Position numbers and translations under genes: made by a program. From assembly GCA_002189035.1 (NCBI GenBank), contig NEEC01000015.1, positions 1,054,001 through 1,118,000 on the forward strand: a stretch of 64,000 bases of DNA, written 5' to 3'. Under the pieces are notes generated by a model that saw only the letters and a list, made by a program, of their open reading frames with translations, was not told the DNA's origin and ran no database searches. Source of the DNA: Utricularia gibba. Its lineage: Eukaryota; Plantae; Magnoliophyta. Below, piece by piece: positions 46,983-60,424 of the stretch (positions are counted from its first letter, which is position 1; every line of letters starts with the position of its first letter).

Positions 46983-49583
46983 ATGTCTCCGCCGCCGGAA
47001 GCCACTGTCCCTTCGGAGGATTTTGATAATGGGGCCTCGGTAACCGAGGTGCAGTCCGAAAACTCGGACGTTAACAACGATACTAATGCAGGTCCTCCCA
47101 GGAGAACCGCGTGGAATAGACCATCGAATGGAGTGGTTGAAGCGGGTTCTGTAATGGGTGGCGCCGTTTCCTGGCCCGCTCTCTCTGAGTCGACGAGACC
47201 TGTTACTAGATCATCACCGGATGTTTCGAGACCATTGGGTAATGGATCAACCACATCTTCTCAGGTTAAGACTGCCGCTGATTGCGATTTGTTTAATTTG
47301 TTGTTTTCTTTTGTGTCGATTTCGAATAAGGGTTTCTGGTGAACGCGTTTGTTTTAGTTATTGTTTGGAAATTGTGATTGCAATTAGGCTTTTTGACTTT
47401 TGGGGTTCTGCTGCTTGAAACACGAAAACATCTTGCTTCATGAAAGTGCCTGTTTCTTAAGACGTGTCAAATTTGTGTTTTTTTTATTTTTTTATAATAC
47501 TCTAGTTTGCTTTTAAACTGTTGAAGATGGACGTGAATGCCTAAAACTAGTAAGCAGCAGAGGCATTGGGATCTTTGAATGTATCATGAAAGCTGGTCCT
47601 TTGTCATTCTGTATCTGCCTAGCACTAGTCTCATAGGCTTCTTGCTGTCTCTTCTTTCATTCAACATCCTAAAAGTGTGCTGAAGTTATTTTCAGGCTCC
47701 TGCAGTGTCACCTTCGTCTCAAAGGCAGGCTAATACCAACAGCCAGTCAAATTTTGGCCCCAACCATCACAGGCAGAGGTCAAGGATCCGGAACGGTGCT
47801 GCAGGTGGGGGTGGCAACAATGGAGGCAATTCCTCAGCAAATGGACCTCCCCATAATAACCCTAATCGACCTCTAACTCCAGTACCACCCAACTTTTCTA
47901 CCTTTTTTGTACCGTACCAGTTTGTTCAACCCGCACTTGATACATCTGCGTCTGGGATTAGACCAGTAAGAGCTTTTGGTGGCACTCAATCCCAAACTGG
48001 CAGTGACCATTCTTCTAACCGTAATTCTTCAAGACGGGTAAATTATGGGTCTCAACCTCATGCTGAAGGTCAATACCATAACAATCATGGTGGAAGGCGT
48101 GATCAGGATCGTAGAGATGTTCATGTTATTCCACCATACATAACTCCTCCAATGAGATTTCTTCCACCACCAATGCCTCCAGCAGGTCCTTTTGTCCCAC
48201 CACCTCCACCACCCCCTATGGCAATTTTCCCACCAATGGGCTTTGGTAAGTCTGGTTAAACTTGTAGCTTCATCAAAGCTGATCATTCTTTCTTACTTTC
48301 TAGTTCATATTTAATTTTTCAGATATGAGTTCTACTATGATGTATCCTCCCACGATGTCTCCTGATTCATTTGGACCTTTTCCGATGATGCCACCTCCTT
48401 TCCCTTTTTATATACCTTCCTTTGCTGAGAATCCGTTGACAGGCATGATCGTCAGGCAAATAGACTACTATTTCAGGTAAACCTTGATTGGATTTTTTGT
48501 TCACATCCTTACTTGGACTTTTCACGTCTTTGACATTTCTCAAAATATTTTTACTTCATTTTTTATTGCCTCTAATCCACGATTTTCTTATATGGAATGA
48601 ATGGTCTCTTGTATGGTTCAGTGATGATAATTTGATCAAAGATAACTTCTTGAGGGCAAATATGGATGAAAATGGTTGGGTACCCATTACTCTGGTTGCT
48701 TCATTTCCTCGAGTAAGTTTCATTATTATTGCAAGTAATGTTTTTTAATGTAGTTTTCTTTCAATATAATCAAACACTATGGTCAGTACGATGCTTTAAT
48801 CAATCTTCATTCAAGGTAGATCACTCCTACATGCCCACCGATGATTTTAAATTAATTCCCCTTTTTTTCTGAAACAAATGTGTTTTAATTCGTATAAAAA
48901 AAGGAATGCTATTGCATGTCTTAAAAATCTGACTGTGGCGTTTCCATCTGGTAAATGCATCTGTACAGTATGCACATATGGATGCCAAAAATTTTTGTTT
49001 TCAAGGACCCATGCATGCTTTTTGATCTTTTATATGACAGGCTTGATGCATTTGCTCAACAATGTTCAAATTTGTTTCTCATCGGATTCATTGGTGTGCA
49101 TGTGAAATTCGATTTTTGATTTTCCATTTCCAGGTTCAAAGGCTAACAAAGGATATTCCTACGATTTTGGAGTCCTTGCGATACTCTACTGTTGTGGAAG
49201 TGCAGGTGAGGGCTTCCAAAACTTATACTAACATTTGGTTGCACTTTTTATGGGAGTAATGATGTGGCTTTTGAACTCGTACATATGTATTTTCATTGTT
49301 TGCACATAATTTGTAGGGAGAGAAGTTGAGGCGACATAATGACTGGAAAAAATGGCTATTCCCTGGCCATCCGAGCAGTAATCATAGTACTAGCTCGGAG
49401 GATGCCCTTGCAGCGTCATTGCAGGGGGTTTCACTCAATTCGGCCGGTGAGGAGGGGATGCCAAGAGAAGACAGCAGCGCTACTCACACTCCTTCTGATT
49501 CCTCCCTCCGGTCGGAGCTCATCAATGGAGGAGATAACAGCGCTGCTGCCTCTGTTCAAGAGGCTGACACTGCTGAAGCGTGA
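46983..49583 (+). CDS. LARP1: La-related protein 1 (LARP1C-like), multi-exon
   Basis: N-terminal [10 protein letters not shown]...[14 protein letters not shown]. The La motif is assembled across exons: [43 protein letters not shown]...[17 protein letters not shown]. Confidence 0.92.
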
Positions 49584-49909
49584 AGCATGTTTTCCCCACA
49601 GGTGCACCACCCTTTTCCAGAACATGGGAGCTGTGTGTCCACGATGCATCGGAGGGGTGAGATATGATGGCTATTTACACTCCATTGAGTTCGAAAAGAA
49701 AAGCAAAAAAAAAAGATGGAATTTTGTGCTGCTGATTCTGTTGGCTCTCTGGGATCGTGACTTTCAGAGACGCTGTGGGAGTTGTGGTGTTTGTCGCTCA
49801 AATTTTGTTTTATTCTATTTGTTGTTATGTCTTCGCCAGTCGCATGAATTGGTGGATGGGTATGATTATTATTATTATTTTTTTTTCATTTTTTGCTTGC
49901 AATCTAATC

Positions 49910-50335
49910 ACACGGGCCACATGGGTGGCCCAACGGGCTGGAAGCCCATGATGAATCGGCGCCTCAATGGATATGAAATATAGCATTAGAACAGAATTAG
50001 GGTTTTCATTTGATAAATGGGGCCCACATTTAGGAGGAATTATGTTTGGGCCTCGTGGCACACAGGCCCATTATGGCAGCCAGCCTGTTTCCAGCTCGCA
50101 AGAAAAGGGCGAATCTGTAATTTGGGATTCGCTGTGTGCCGCTTATATATACCCCTTCCCTCCTCATTATTCTGATGTTCGTCTCTCATTTTTTAGGGAT
50201 CTCACGATTTGCTTTCTTGTTTTTCTTCTGTGTTCTCGAAACCCTATCCTGAAGGCGGCGACAATTTTTAGATCCAGTTTTACGTAGATCCTATTGCCGG
50301 CGGTGTTCTTGTGAACCTCAGGCAAAACCCTAATT
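49910..50335 (+). promoter_or_regulatory. Site II (GGGCC/GCCCA) cluster plus telo-boxes upstream of the 50398 gene
   Basis: Several GGGCC/GCCCA motifs at 49914-50075, TTAGGGTTT at 49997-50005 and AAACCCTAA at 50325-50333. Confidence 0.5.
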
Positions 50336-50397
50336 AGGCGTAGATAGTTCCTTGATTTTTTTGTTTATATTATTGTTTTCCCCATTGGATCTGGAAG

Positions 50398-52121
50398 ATG
50401 TCTCGGTGTTTTCCGTTCCCGCCTCCTGGTTATACGCTAAGCCGATACAGCGAGGCCGCCTTGATCGAATCGATTAAGGTTTGTTTAACCGAGCACCATG
50501 ATTGGTTTATGCACGCGCATGAGTCCTCGCGATTTGCCTATTTGGGTTTAGTGGGTTCTTTTGTTTGTGGTCACGGCACTTGAATCTATAATGAGAAGAA
50601 ATCTTACATTAGTGTGCTTAGGTTATCTGGGATCTTAATTATGTTTCTTCCCATGACTATTCTTTTGCGTCCGTAGGAGATCTGGGTGTTCTCCACCATC
50701 ACTATCCAATAGAATGCAAAACATGAAATCGAAAATTGTTTCTGTTGATTGTTACAAGCTAGTGTTTAGCAGCATGTGCTTGCTAGATTTCCAACGGAGC
50801 AATCTTGAGAATCTGCACGATATAAACTTGCCTCAAAAGCAGATTTCACTCAATTTACACGTTGTGCTTATCTTCTTGGTGGTGTTACCCGTATGTAACT
50901 TGTTTTCTATATGTAATATTGTTTGCGATTTGTGGGGTGTGATTCCCATAGTCGTCCACCCTCAAAACTGTTAGGATTTGAAATTTTTTAGGATTAATGG
51001 ACATGCTAATTTGTATTGCACGACCTGTGGGTGAAAAGTTTGTGATTTCACAAGGTCCGGTAGTCTTACATGAGTTGGTTCTGTATTTCTTGTTCACTAA
51101 AGCTCCAAAAAGAAAGGGAGAATGATCAGCGGACAAAGGATAGGAAAAGTGAGAAGAGAGATAAGAGGAAGGAGAAGAAAGACAAGAAAGTCACTCAGGG
51201 ACAGATGAACGGTGAACCATGGCATGGTATGAAGGAGAAGCTACTTGATGATGTGTTCAAGGGGGAAACTGAATCTTTAGATCGGAGCGGGGTGACTGTG
51301 GAACTGAATCAGCCTGAGAGGTTCCATGTTCCAACTTCTTCTTCAGAGAGCACAGAGAATAGCAACAATAGGAAGAGGCCCATATCGCCTCTTCCCTCCA
51401 AACCTCAAGCATCTGGTAAGATGGTGTTGGTGGAATACAGGCGTTCCATTTTGTTCATAGGATTGTTCACATGACACTTACACTGTAACTGACTGCCTTA
51501 GCAGGTAAGAAGATTATCAGGATACCCCTGACAAAGAAGCGCAGTTTGTCTGATTCTCCAACCAATGAAGAGCAGCCATGCTCAACGTCGGGGAGGCTTG
51601 CAGAGCCATCTCCCGATCAACATGTACGGAATCCAAACATCAACTTGAGGGAAGACACATCCGGAGCAGCCACAATTTCTCAAAGACTGCATTTCAAGAC
51701 GCTAGGAGGGCGGAGATCCGATGCAGTGAAAACCACACCTGGTGCAACTGCAATTTCCCAGAATTTAGATTTGAAGGCGGAAGGAGACCAAAGATCCTCT
51801 ATATTATACCAGGCGGAGGCATCCGTTGCGGTGAAAACCACATCTGGATCGGTTTTACAGGACAAAGCCACAAGAAAAAAGCAAAAGGCCTATACGAAGT
51901 ATGCCAAGCTCATCGGAAACTGGGTTCCACCTCCATTGGAAGATCCTTCTGTTGATGATTTGGACTGGCTCCTCAATTCAAAGAAGGAAGAATGCCACCA
52001 ACCACAGAAAAGACAGAAGCCAACCCTAACCTGCTCCAGCAGTGCCCCGGTGGCGTGGCCTCGCGCGCATTACTTGCCGGAGGTCGACTTGTATATGTTA
52101 CCGTACACGGTTCCTTTCTGA
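50398..52121 (+). CDS. Uncharacterised plant protein of the MSRCFPFPPPGY family; exons 50398-50478, 51103-51415, 51505-52121
   Basis: Start MSRCFPFPPPGY, Lys/Glu-rich block, SLDRSGVTVEL, KKIIRIPL and the terminal WPRAHYLPEVDLYMLPYTVPF. Splice phases are consistent. Confidence 0.85.
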
Positions 52122-52522
52122 GGTCTGGATCCAGAAGATCGATCGGCAACTTCGATTCTTGGAGAAAAAACTCTGCAACAAATTTTGTCGACAGCGCAGT
52201 GGAGTTTTGTTTGGAACTTTCTGGAGTTTTTAGTATCCAGATTTATTGACATATAAACCATGGAAATTAATGAAAAACAAACTTTAAATTTGATATTTTT
52301 AATTAAAAATGTTATTACAAAATAACACATTATAATAGAAGAGCACAAAAATGCCGAGCGCCTTTCGGCTTGGGATTTCAGCGGTAAATACAGTAGAAAA
52401 TGGAAAATTACGTGCTCGAAATGACTGTGATTCATCTATGGGTTGACTGTGATCGTGGAAGTTCGATAGACAATTCCGAGATTGGGGAGGATCTCTGAGG
52501 CACAACGGCGATAGTAAACGGA

Positions 52523-55500
52523 ATGGAGGACGAGGATAAATGGCTGGCTGAAGGCATCGCCGGAATACAGCACAACGCCTTGTACTTGCATCGTGCTTTG
52601 GTATTGTCATTTATTCTGATCGGATCCTTCTCGTTTCTGAAAATTATCAGTTGTTGGTTGCTCAATTGAATTCGGGGGACTAGGCTGAATGCGATCGGGG
52701 TTTTTGTGAATTCAGGACTCGGATAATCTTCGGGATGCACTGAAATATGCGGCGCTGTTGTTGTCTGAGCTTCGGACATCCAGACTCTCGCCGCACAAAT
52801 ATTATGAGCTCTGTATGGTTCTTGTATTCTGTATGCGGTTGATCATTTGGGCTAATCTTTTGGTAACTTGGGTATCTGTGTCTGGATTATAGATATGCGC
52901 GCATTTGATGAATTGAGGCGGCTGGAGATGTTTTTCAAGGAAGAAGATCGGCATGGCTGTTCGATAGTTGACCTATGCGAATTGGTTCAGCATGCGGGAA
53001 ACGTTTTGCCCAGATTGTATGTTTATCAGATTCTGCAGCTTCCAGCTTTTTTGCACTCGAGATCAACGTAGACTTTGCATTGCCTGCCTGTACACATGCA
53101 GATATCTTTTGTGCACTGTTGGGTCAGTTTATATAAAGTCGAAGGAGGCCCTTGCAAAGGATGTCCTCAAAGACCTTGTAGAAATGTGTCGCGCTGTCCA
53201 GCATCCAGTACGTGGGCTCTTTTTGAGGAGTTATCTTGCTCAAGTTAGCAGAGATAAATTACCCGATATTGGTTCAGAATATGAAGGGTATGTCCTTCTA
53301 GCTATTGTTTGAATTGATTATGGGGAAGTTTAAAGAGAGAACATAGGATTTATATAAAATAGCGTTCTGTTCCTAATACCCCTGATATTTCTCTATCTTA
53401 ATAGATTCTTCTCTTGTTTATGCAAAAGAGTTTGTCTTAGTCTCATCTTTCTTTATGATACTGATATGCCCTCATTAAAAGTTTAGTCTGTTATTTTCCT
53501 GTTCATATGTAATTTTAAGAAAGAGATGGAATGCATGTGAATTTTTTATGTAGATTGAAACTCTATCCATGTTTATTTCAAACAGTTTTGACACTGTACA
53601 GCTATTGATCATATAGTATCATGTAATGGTAAATGCCTTTCTCGTTTGTTCTCATTTATGAACTTGTTGATTATGCCTTGATCCGTTGCATTTCATTTTG
53701 GTCTCCAGTTAGTTAGCTATCTGGTTTGTTTATAGTGAAGGTGACACTGTCATGGATGCTGTAGAATTTGTGCTGCAGAATTTCACAGAAATGAATAAGC
53801 TGTGGGTCCGAATGCAGCAGCACCAGGTCTGTATTAATCTTGATAATTTTTTTCAGCCTTTGTGGATGCTGTAATGTATCAAAACTATTGAGAATTAATA
53901 TTTGTGATCACATAGGCTGCCAAGCTGATCCTGTATTCTTGATTTTCTGAATTCTTCAGGGACCATTTGTGGAGAAACAGAAGCTTGAAAAAGAAAGAAA
54001 TGAATTGCGCGATCTTGTATGTCAGTTATATCATGCATCTAGTGTAACCATTTCATCTCCTAAACTTCATTTTGAATGTGATTTTCTGCCTATTAGGTCG
54101 GGAAAAATCTGCATGTTATCAGTCAAATAGAGGGCGTTGACCTTAGCATATACCGTGATGCAGTTCTCCCCAAGGTCCTGGAGCAGGTCAGTTATCTTGT
54201 TTACGGTTGTAAGTTCTCCCTTGTTTCTTCGCCCAATTCATTCTTTCTTTCTGTATATAGATCGTTAATTGTAAGGATGAGCTTGCCCAGAATTATTTGA
54301 TGGACTGCATGATTCAAGTTTTTCCTGATGAGTACCACTTGCAGACGCTTGAGACATTATTGGGTGCCTGTCCTCAACTTCTGGTAAGTTGTTGAATATT
54401 ATTCCCTTTTTTCCATTATCATGCATGGTTCTTTTACTGCTACAGAATAATGCATAGCCCAGTAATTTGCACGGGTGACCCATCTAACTCCATATCTACT
54501 AATTTCTTCATTTCCTAGAAATGATGCTTATGTAGAGGCCTCAATATCATTATTAATATTATTATTTTTATTGGTGTATTAATATGACTAGGACTTTTCC
54601 TTGAGAACATAGCAGCGAATCTGGCATGTCTGAATATCTGATATGAATCTGTTGGGTTTTCAGCCAAGTGTAAACTTGCAAACAGTGTTGTCACAGCTGA
54701 TGGAAAGGTTATCAAATTATGCGTCCTCCAATCCTGAGGTATGAAACTCGAATATTCCGCAACAAATACTTGTCAAACGGTTATGTGGCTTTGAGCTTTT
54801 TCTTCTCCATAGCTGCTGCCCGAATTTTTACAAGTTGAAGCATTCTCGAAGCTGAGTAATGCAATTGGGAAGGTATGCTGGATTCCTGAACTGATCCATT
54901 TATTTATGTTGGTCACTATCATCTAATACTAGAAATCCCTTTATAGGTTATTGAAGCACAAGTTGATATGTCAATAGTTGGAACTTTTACTCTATATGTG
55001 TCTCTTCTGACTTTCACTCTTCGTGTTCATCCTGATCGACTGGATTATGTAGATCAAGTGCTGGTATGCCTTCTTTTTACATGGATATTTCATTTCATTC
55101 ATTTTAACAGTGCTAAACTTATTTTTGGTCATTCATTTTCTTATTTTGTGACAGGGATCTTGTGTCAAAAGATTATATGGGAAACCAAAGGCCGAAGTTA
55201 GTAAAGCTACGAAGCAGCTCGTTGCCCTTCTAAGTGCGCCACTGGATAAATATGATGATATTGTCACAGCTCTTACTCTCTCTAATTATCCCCGTGTCAT
55301 GGATCATCTTGATTCTGGTCCTAACAAAGTTATGGCGATGGTAATCATTAAAAGCATTATGAAAAATAAAACATGTGTTTCAACTTCTGAGAAGGTATAT
55401 TGGCAGCTTGAATTTTGGTACTCTTTGCTTGTCGTGTGACTTGAACATGATATATCTAACCTAGGTTTGCAGGTTGAAGTACTGTTTGAACTGATCAAAA

Positions 55501-57681
55501 GCCTGATAAAGGATTTGGATGGGGCTTCCCTGGAAGAGGTAATCAGGAGATTTCATCGAGGAGGATTATTTGTGAACGACTTTTTTCCATTCTAGGTAAT
55601 TCTCTACCTCTGAAATCTCTATCCTCTATTCTTATGACAGATCGATGATGAGGATTTCAATGAAGAGCAAAATTCTGTTGCTTGCCTCATGCACATGCTG
55701 TATAACGATGATCCAGAAGAGATGTTGAAAGTAATAACCTGTTAATTGTTTGTGCTCTAACATCCAATGGATGCAATCTAATCATTTAACGAACAGATTA
55801 TATGTACAGTGTGGAAGCATGTGGCTGTTGGAGGTCCAAAACGCCTTCCTTTCACAGTGCCACCTCTTGTTTTCTCTGCACTCAAGGTGTTTTTTCTTCT
55901 TTATTTGTGCATTGCTATGCTTGAACTTTTGAGGGGAAAAAAACTTTAAATCTGTTCACATCCGGATGTAGCTGGTTCGTAGACTACATAGCCAAGATGG
56001 TGATATGGCTGGTGAGGAATCTCCTGCTACACCAAAAAAAATATTTCAACTTCTGGCTCAGGTAAATATCAGTAGAGATCTGGAATGTTCAGAAATATTA
56101 TTTTAGGCTTCAGCACTTGGCACCACGAAGCAGGGTTCTGATTACTGAAGTATCATGTTTGTTCAGTGTATCCCCTATTTAAGATAGATCTGCAATACAT
56201 TGGATTAATTTTTGATATTCCGGATTGACACATTTTCAACTCAGATGATTATTTTCATACGGTAGTTTGAGAAAAAGTTGGGAATCTGCCACATTGGATT
56301 TATAATAGTTTTAGACAGTCGCTTTATGCATTTCCCCATTCTCGAAGAACACTGCTGTTTCATTGTAGATAATCGATGCATTATCAGCTGTTCCAGCTCC
56401 TGAATTGACTCTGCGGCTTTACCTGCAATGTGCCGAGGTAATCCATGAAACTATTATAGGACAGATGGAACACTCTTGGGCTGAAAAATCTCTTGCTTAT
56501 TCATTGTGTTAGATGAGACAGTGCTTTGAGTTCAATAAAGTCGTTTTGTTTGTCTAATTACTTACGGAAGTTTCTGACCAGGCAGCCAATGATTGTGAGC
56601 TCGAGCCAGTGGCCTACAACTTATTTACACAAGCCTTTGTGCTGTATGAGGAAGAAATTGCGGTATTGATCACGTTGTGCGCTAGCAAACTCGCAGTGTG
56701 TCATGGCTTGATGATTTCATGTTGTCTTTTCCACTTGGAAGGATTCTAAAGCTCAGGTGCTAGCGATCCACCTAATTATTGGTACGCTTCAGAGAATGCA
56801 TGTATTCGGTGTTGAGAACAGAGACACCTTGACGCATAAAGCCACAGGGGTAACTATCACACCACCCTGTATTGGCTTTCATGATGATTGACATTCCTCT
56901 TGATTTCATCCCGTTTCATCTTCTGTAGTACTCCGCAAAACTATTGAAGAAGCCAGATCAGTGCAGAGCTGTTTATGCATGTTCACATCTTTTCTGGGTT
57001 GACGATCAAGACAGCAAAAAGGACGGAGAAAGGTGAGGAACCATGGCAATGGTCTTTCCTAGTAATATTGTTTTTCTTTGTATATCCAACAGACACTGCC
57101 ATGTTTGAAAACTAGATTTTCATTGAATCCATCGTAACACGAGAAGAGTATGAAAATTTTTTGACAACTTCTCAGCAAGCCTTGCATCTGCAAAGAGATT
57201 CTTCTGTCATAACAAATGTAGAATGAAAGCTTGATCTTCCTTTTTCGCAGGGTGCTGCTGTGCTTGAAGCGATCATTGAGGATTGCCAATGCTGCACAGC
57301 AGATGTCCAGTGCCACAAGGGGCGTCAGCGGACCTGTAACTCTCTTCGTTGAAATACTGAACAAGTTGGTGACTCCTAGTTTTCGATTTTTATTTCTTTC
57401 CATGACTTTTCTGTACATTTCACTTGATTCTTCTCCTACATTTCCCCTGTGACACGTGCAGGTACATTTACTTCTTCGAGAAGGGAAACCCACAGATAAG
57501 CCCCTCAGCGATTCAAGACCTGATTGAGCTAATAAAAAACGAGCTCCAAAGCGATGGCATGACCTCAGCCTCCAGTCCCCCTGCGTCTGATCCCTTCTTC
57601 ACGAGCACTTTGCGTTACATTCAGTTCCAGAAACAGAAAGGAGGCGCCATGGGCGAGAAATATGATCCTATCAAGCTCTGA
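52523..57681 (+). CDS. VPS35: Retromer subunit VPS35 (B-like), about 20 short exons
   Basis: [100 protein letters not shown] and [10 protein letters not shown]-stop. Confidence 0.95.
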
Positions 57682-58443
57682 TCCTTCTGTGAATATGGTA
57701 TGCTGGTTTACTCTCCTTGTGATTTGCACACAGGAAACGAAGAACCTCCAACGGTTCATGTATAAACACTCATCACTGTAACCTCGAGTTACCATCTTCA
57801 TGATCATGTTCATGTGTTTACTGGGGTTGCGGAATGACAAAACCGTCATGGTCAGGCTCGGGTCGGCTAGCATAAGGTATGTGTCTGAGTTCATATATGT
57901 GTTATTATGTTTCTGAAGTAAAACAAGCGTAACATAGAAAATGTATCAGGATTTTTTCTTTAATCCAGTCTAGAGATTTTTTGAGGCAGTTTTTTTTAAA
58001 AAAGGATTTATTTAGTATTTAGATCCAATTAAATTTGAATTTGTTATTTCTTAGATTAAATCCAATTTTTTTATAAAAAAATGGAAATTTGGAAGATTTA
58101 AGGTAAGAACTAAGAATTACAATTGTATAATTATTTTAATAAATTTAATTAAAAATAATTAAATCGATTTACTGTATAATAAAAATATTTAATCAAGATT
58201 CATAGTTAATTCAAAAAAGATATTAAATTCCTTTTTTAAAACATTGGTTACAGCCTACAGGGAGAGGGAAGAATTTGAAAGGCAAGAGCATGTGGGCTTG
58301 CCAGTCTAAAGTTGGCCCAATTCACCTTTGGAAGGTTCATTAAGGAGCACCCAATTTCGTTTCGGAGCCCTAGAATTGAATTTCTTCTGGGATTCTTCTT
58401 CTATTCCGTAGTGATTGAAGGAGTATTCTGCGAATTGGGTGGA

Positions 58444-59196
58444 ATGAAAACCAAGAATTTTCGGAAAAGGAGTTCGGATGTTGAAGTTGAGGGTGAAGAC
58501 GAAGAGAAAGCATCGATTTTGAGCTTGGAGGAGGTGAAATTTCTCCAGAAACAAAGGGAAAAGAAGTCAGGGATTCCGGCAATCCTCGTCTCGCCGCACT
58601 CCGCCTCAGATGCTTCTGGAGGCGCCGCCGTGACCAGCCCCTCAGGATTGGCTCGTAAGGTTAAAGACAAGGGCGAAGGCGATGCCGAGAAAGACGATTT
58701 GGTTTTGCAGGACACTTTTGCTCAAGAAACCGCAGTAGTTGTGGAGGATCCCAATATGTTGAAGTACATTGAGCAAGAGTTAGCCCGTAAAAGAGGCAAA
58801 AATCTTGCTATTTCCGATGAACAAGTTGAGAACGACATCAAGCATGCGGAGGATGAACTATACAATATCCCAGAGCATCTGAAAGTGAAGCGGAAGCGAG
58901 GCTCCGGGGAAAACACGACGCAGTGGACTACTGGGATTGCTGAGATACAGCTTCCGATTGAGTACAAGCTGAGAAATATCGAAGAAACTGAGGCTGCTAA
59001 GAAGCTTTTGCAAGAGAAAAGAATGATGGGCCGTGGGAAAGGTGATGCCTCTGGGAAATCCGGGAACGAGGATAAGAATGCGGAGGAATATGGTTCCGAG
59101 ACTAGACATTCCGGTAATAGAAGACAAGCTGCAACGGATGAATTCATGCTTGAAAGATTCAGGAAAAGAGAAAGGATGAGGCACACTAGGAGGTAA
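58444..59196 (+). CDS. CSU2: COP1 SUPPRESSOR 2 / C9orf78 / Tls1-like spliceosome-associated protein; intronless, internally shortened
   Basis: LEEVKFLQKQRE, LVLQDTFAQET, DPNMLKYIEQELA, EDELYNIPEHLKV, QWTTGIAEIQLPIEYKLRNIEETEAAK and RQAATDEFMLERFRKRER. ATG at 58444. Confidence 0.88.
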   Translation: MKTKNFRKRSSDVEVEGEDEEKASILSLEEVKFLQKQREKKSGIPAILVSPHSASDASGGAAVTSPSGLARKVKDKGEGDAEKDDLVLQDTFAQETAVVVEDPNMLKYIEQELARKRGKNLAISDEQVENDIKHAEDELYNIPEHLKVKRKRGSGENTTQWTTGIAEIQLPIEYKLRNIEETEAAKKLLQEKRMMGRGKGDASGKSGNEDKNAEEYGSETRHSGNRRQAATDEFMLERFRKRERMRHTRR

Positions 59197-60088
59197 CTAA
59201 CTATCTTTCTTCCCCTTCCGCCACTCACTGCACAAAAAACAATGTTCTACCCTCTTACTCTGTGAGAAAAATAGAAGCTTCAAGCATCTGTCTTGTTACT
59301 TGTAGATGAACAAGACAGTTGATCAGAGTTCGTAGATCAAGCAGGGGAAGAGCTCTAGGCATCCACCCCATGAATGCGTTGTAAGTTGTTGTTGCATTGA
59401 TCTCCCATCTTGGATCGAAGAGGCAGTGAACATCAGTGACATTCCCTGTCTAGATCACATATAATTCCTGTTATCCCCACTCTATTCTTCCACACAATGT
59501 GCCTGCCCATGCTTGTTCTCTTAATGCACCCCGCCACCTCGAAATGCTATGCCATGCTTAGAGAATAATGCCCAGATCTTGTTGCACGAGACAGTTAAGT
59601 GTTGCTTTAAGACAGCCAGCAGATTGAGAGTTCTTGTTTCGTTGTCAGGTAGTCAATGGGTCCCCAATCTTCCAAAAAAGACCTCTTCTTGGACGCCATG
59701 AGAGGTCCGAGTTCGTCAAGGAAGAGGTCTTCTCATGTACACCAATTTCCACACTCCATTCAATTACCACAGCAACAGCACACGGCAGATTCTTAATAAA
59801 TAAATAAATTTTAGAATAAAATAATTAGGTATTGCCACGTAGCTATCGTGGTGGGGCCATATGGTCCCCCTTGTCATTTACTCTCCCTTCGCTGTCCGTC
59901 TGGATCTTTCATCCCCTTTTCCTTCTATTTACACCTCTCAACATTAATCACCACTCCAGTAGTTGAGACTCGAAGTGGGCCCTCACCGCGGCCCAACTCC
60001 TCCCACCCGGACGCGCTCCCTACGCTGCTTCCCCTACCTATCAAAAAAAAAAAAATCCGTAAAAAAATTATTTAACATTTTATATATT

Positions 60089-60095
<7 letters not shown>

Positions 60096-60134
<39 letters not shown>
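60096..60134. repeat. (TA)n microsatellite
   Basis: About 20 uninterrupted TA units. Confidence 0.95.
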
Positions 60135-60137
<3 letters not shown>

Positions 60138-60379
60138 CATATATTTGTATATTTTTTAACATTAAAAAAATTATTGAATGTTTTAACTATGGTTAAAGCG
60201 CGTACGGTAAAATATTTTATTAATGAATATATTTATATTTATTTATATTTAGATAAATATGTATTATGTAATTATAATTAAAATATTTAATTTTTAGGAA
60301 TATTTTAAGTATTAAATGCATTATCAAATATAAATTTTTTAAAGATGATATTAGAATATTAATATGTTTAAGTATAATG

Positions 60380-60383
<4 letters not shown>

Positions 60384-60423
<40 letters not shown>
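60384..60423. repeat. (TA)n microsatellite
   Basis: About 20 uninterrupted TA units. Confidence 0.95.

Positions 60424-60424
<1 letters not shown>

Noticed and set aside
58312-58443. N-terminal extensions shown by the ORF track (also 24999-25109, 26318-26359, 38638-38652, 5655-5687)
   Set aside because: They begin at non-ATG codons displayed as M and lie upstream of the family-conserved starts.
59412-59450. Minus-strand ACAGGGAA plus CACTGCCTCTTC resembling MIR408 arms
   Set aside because: The pieces are only 13 nt apart, the mature sequence is incomplete, and no precursor-sized hairpin forms.
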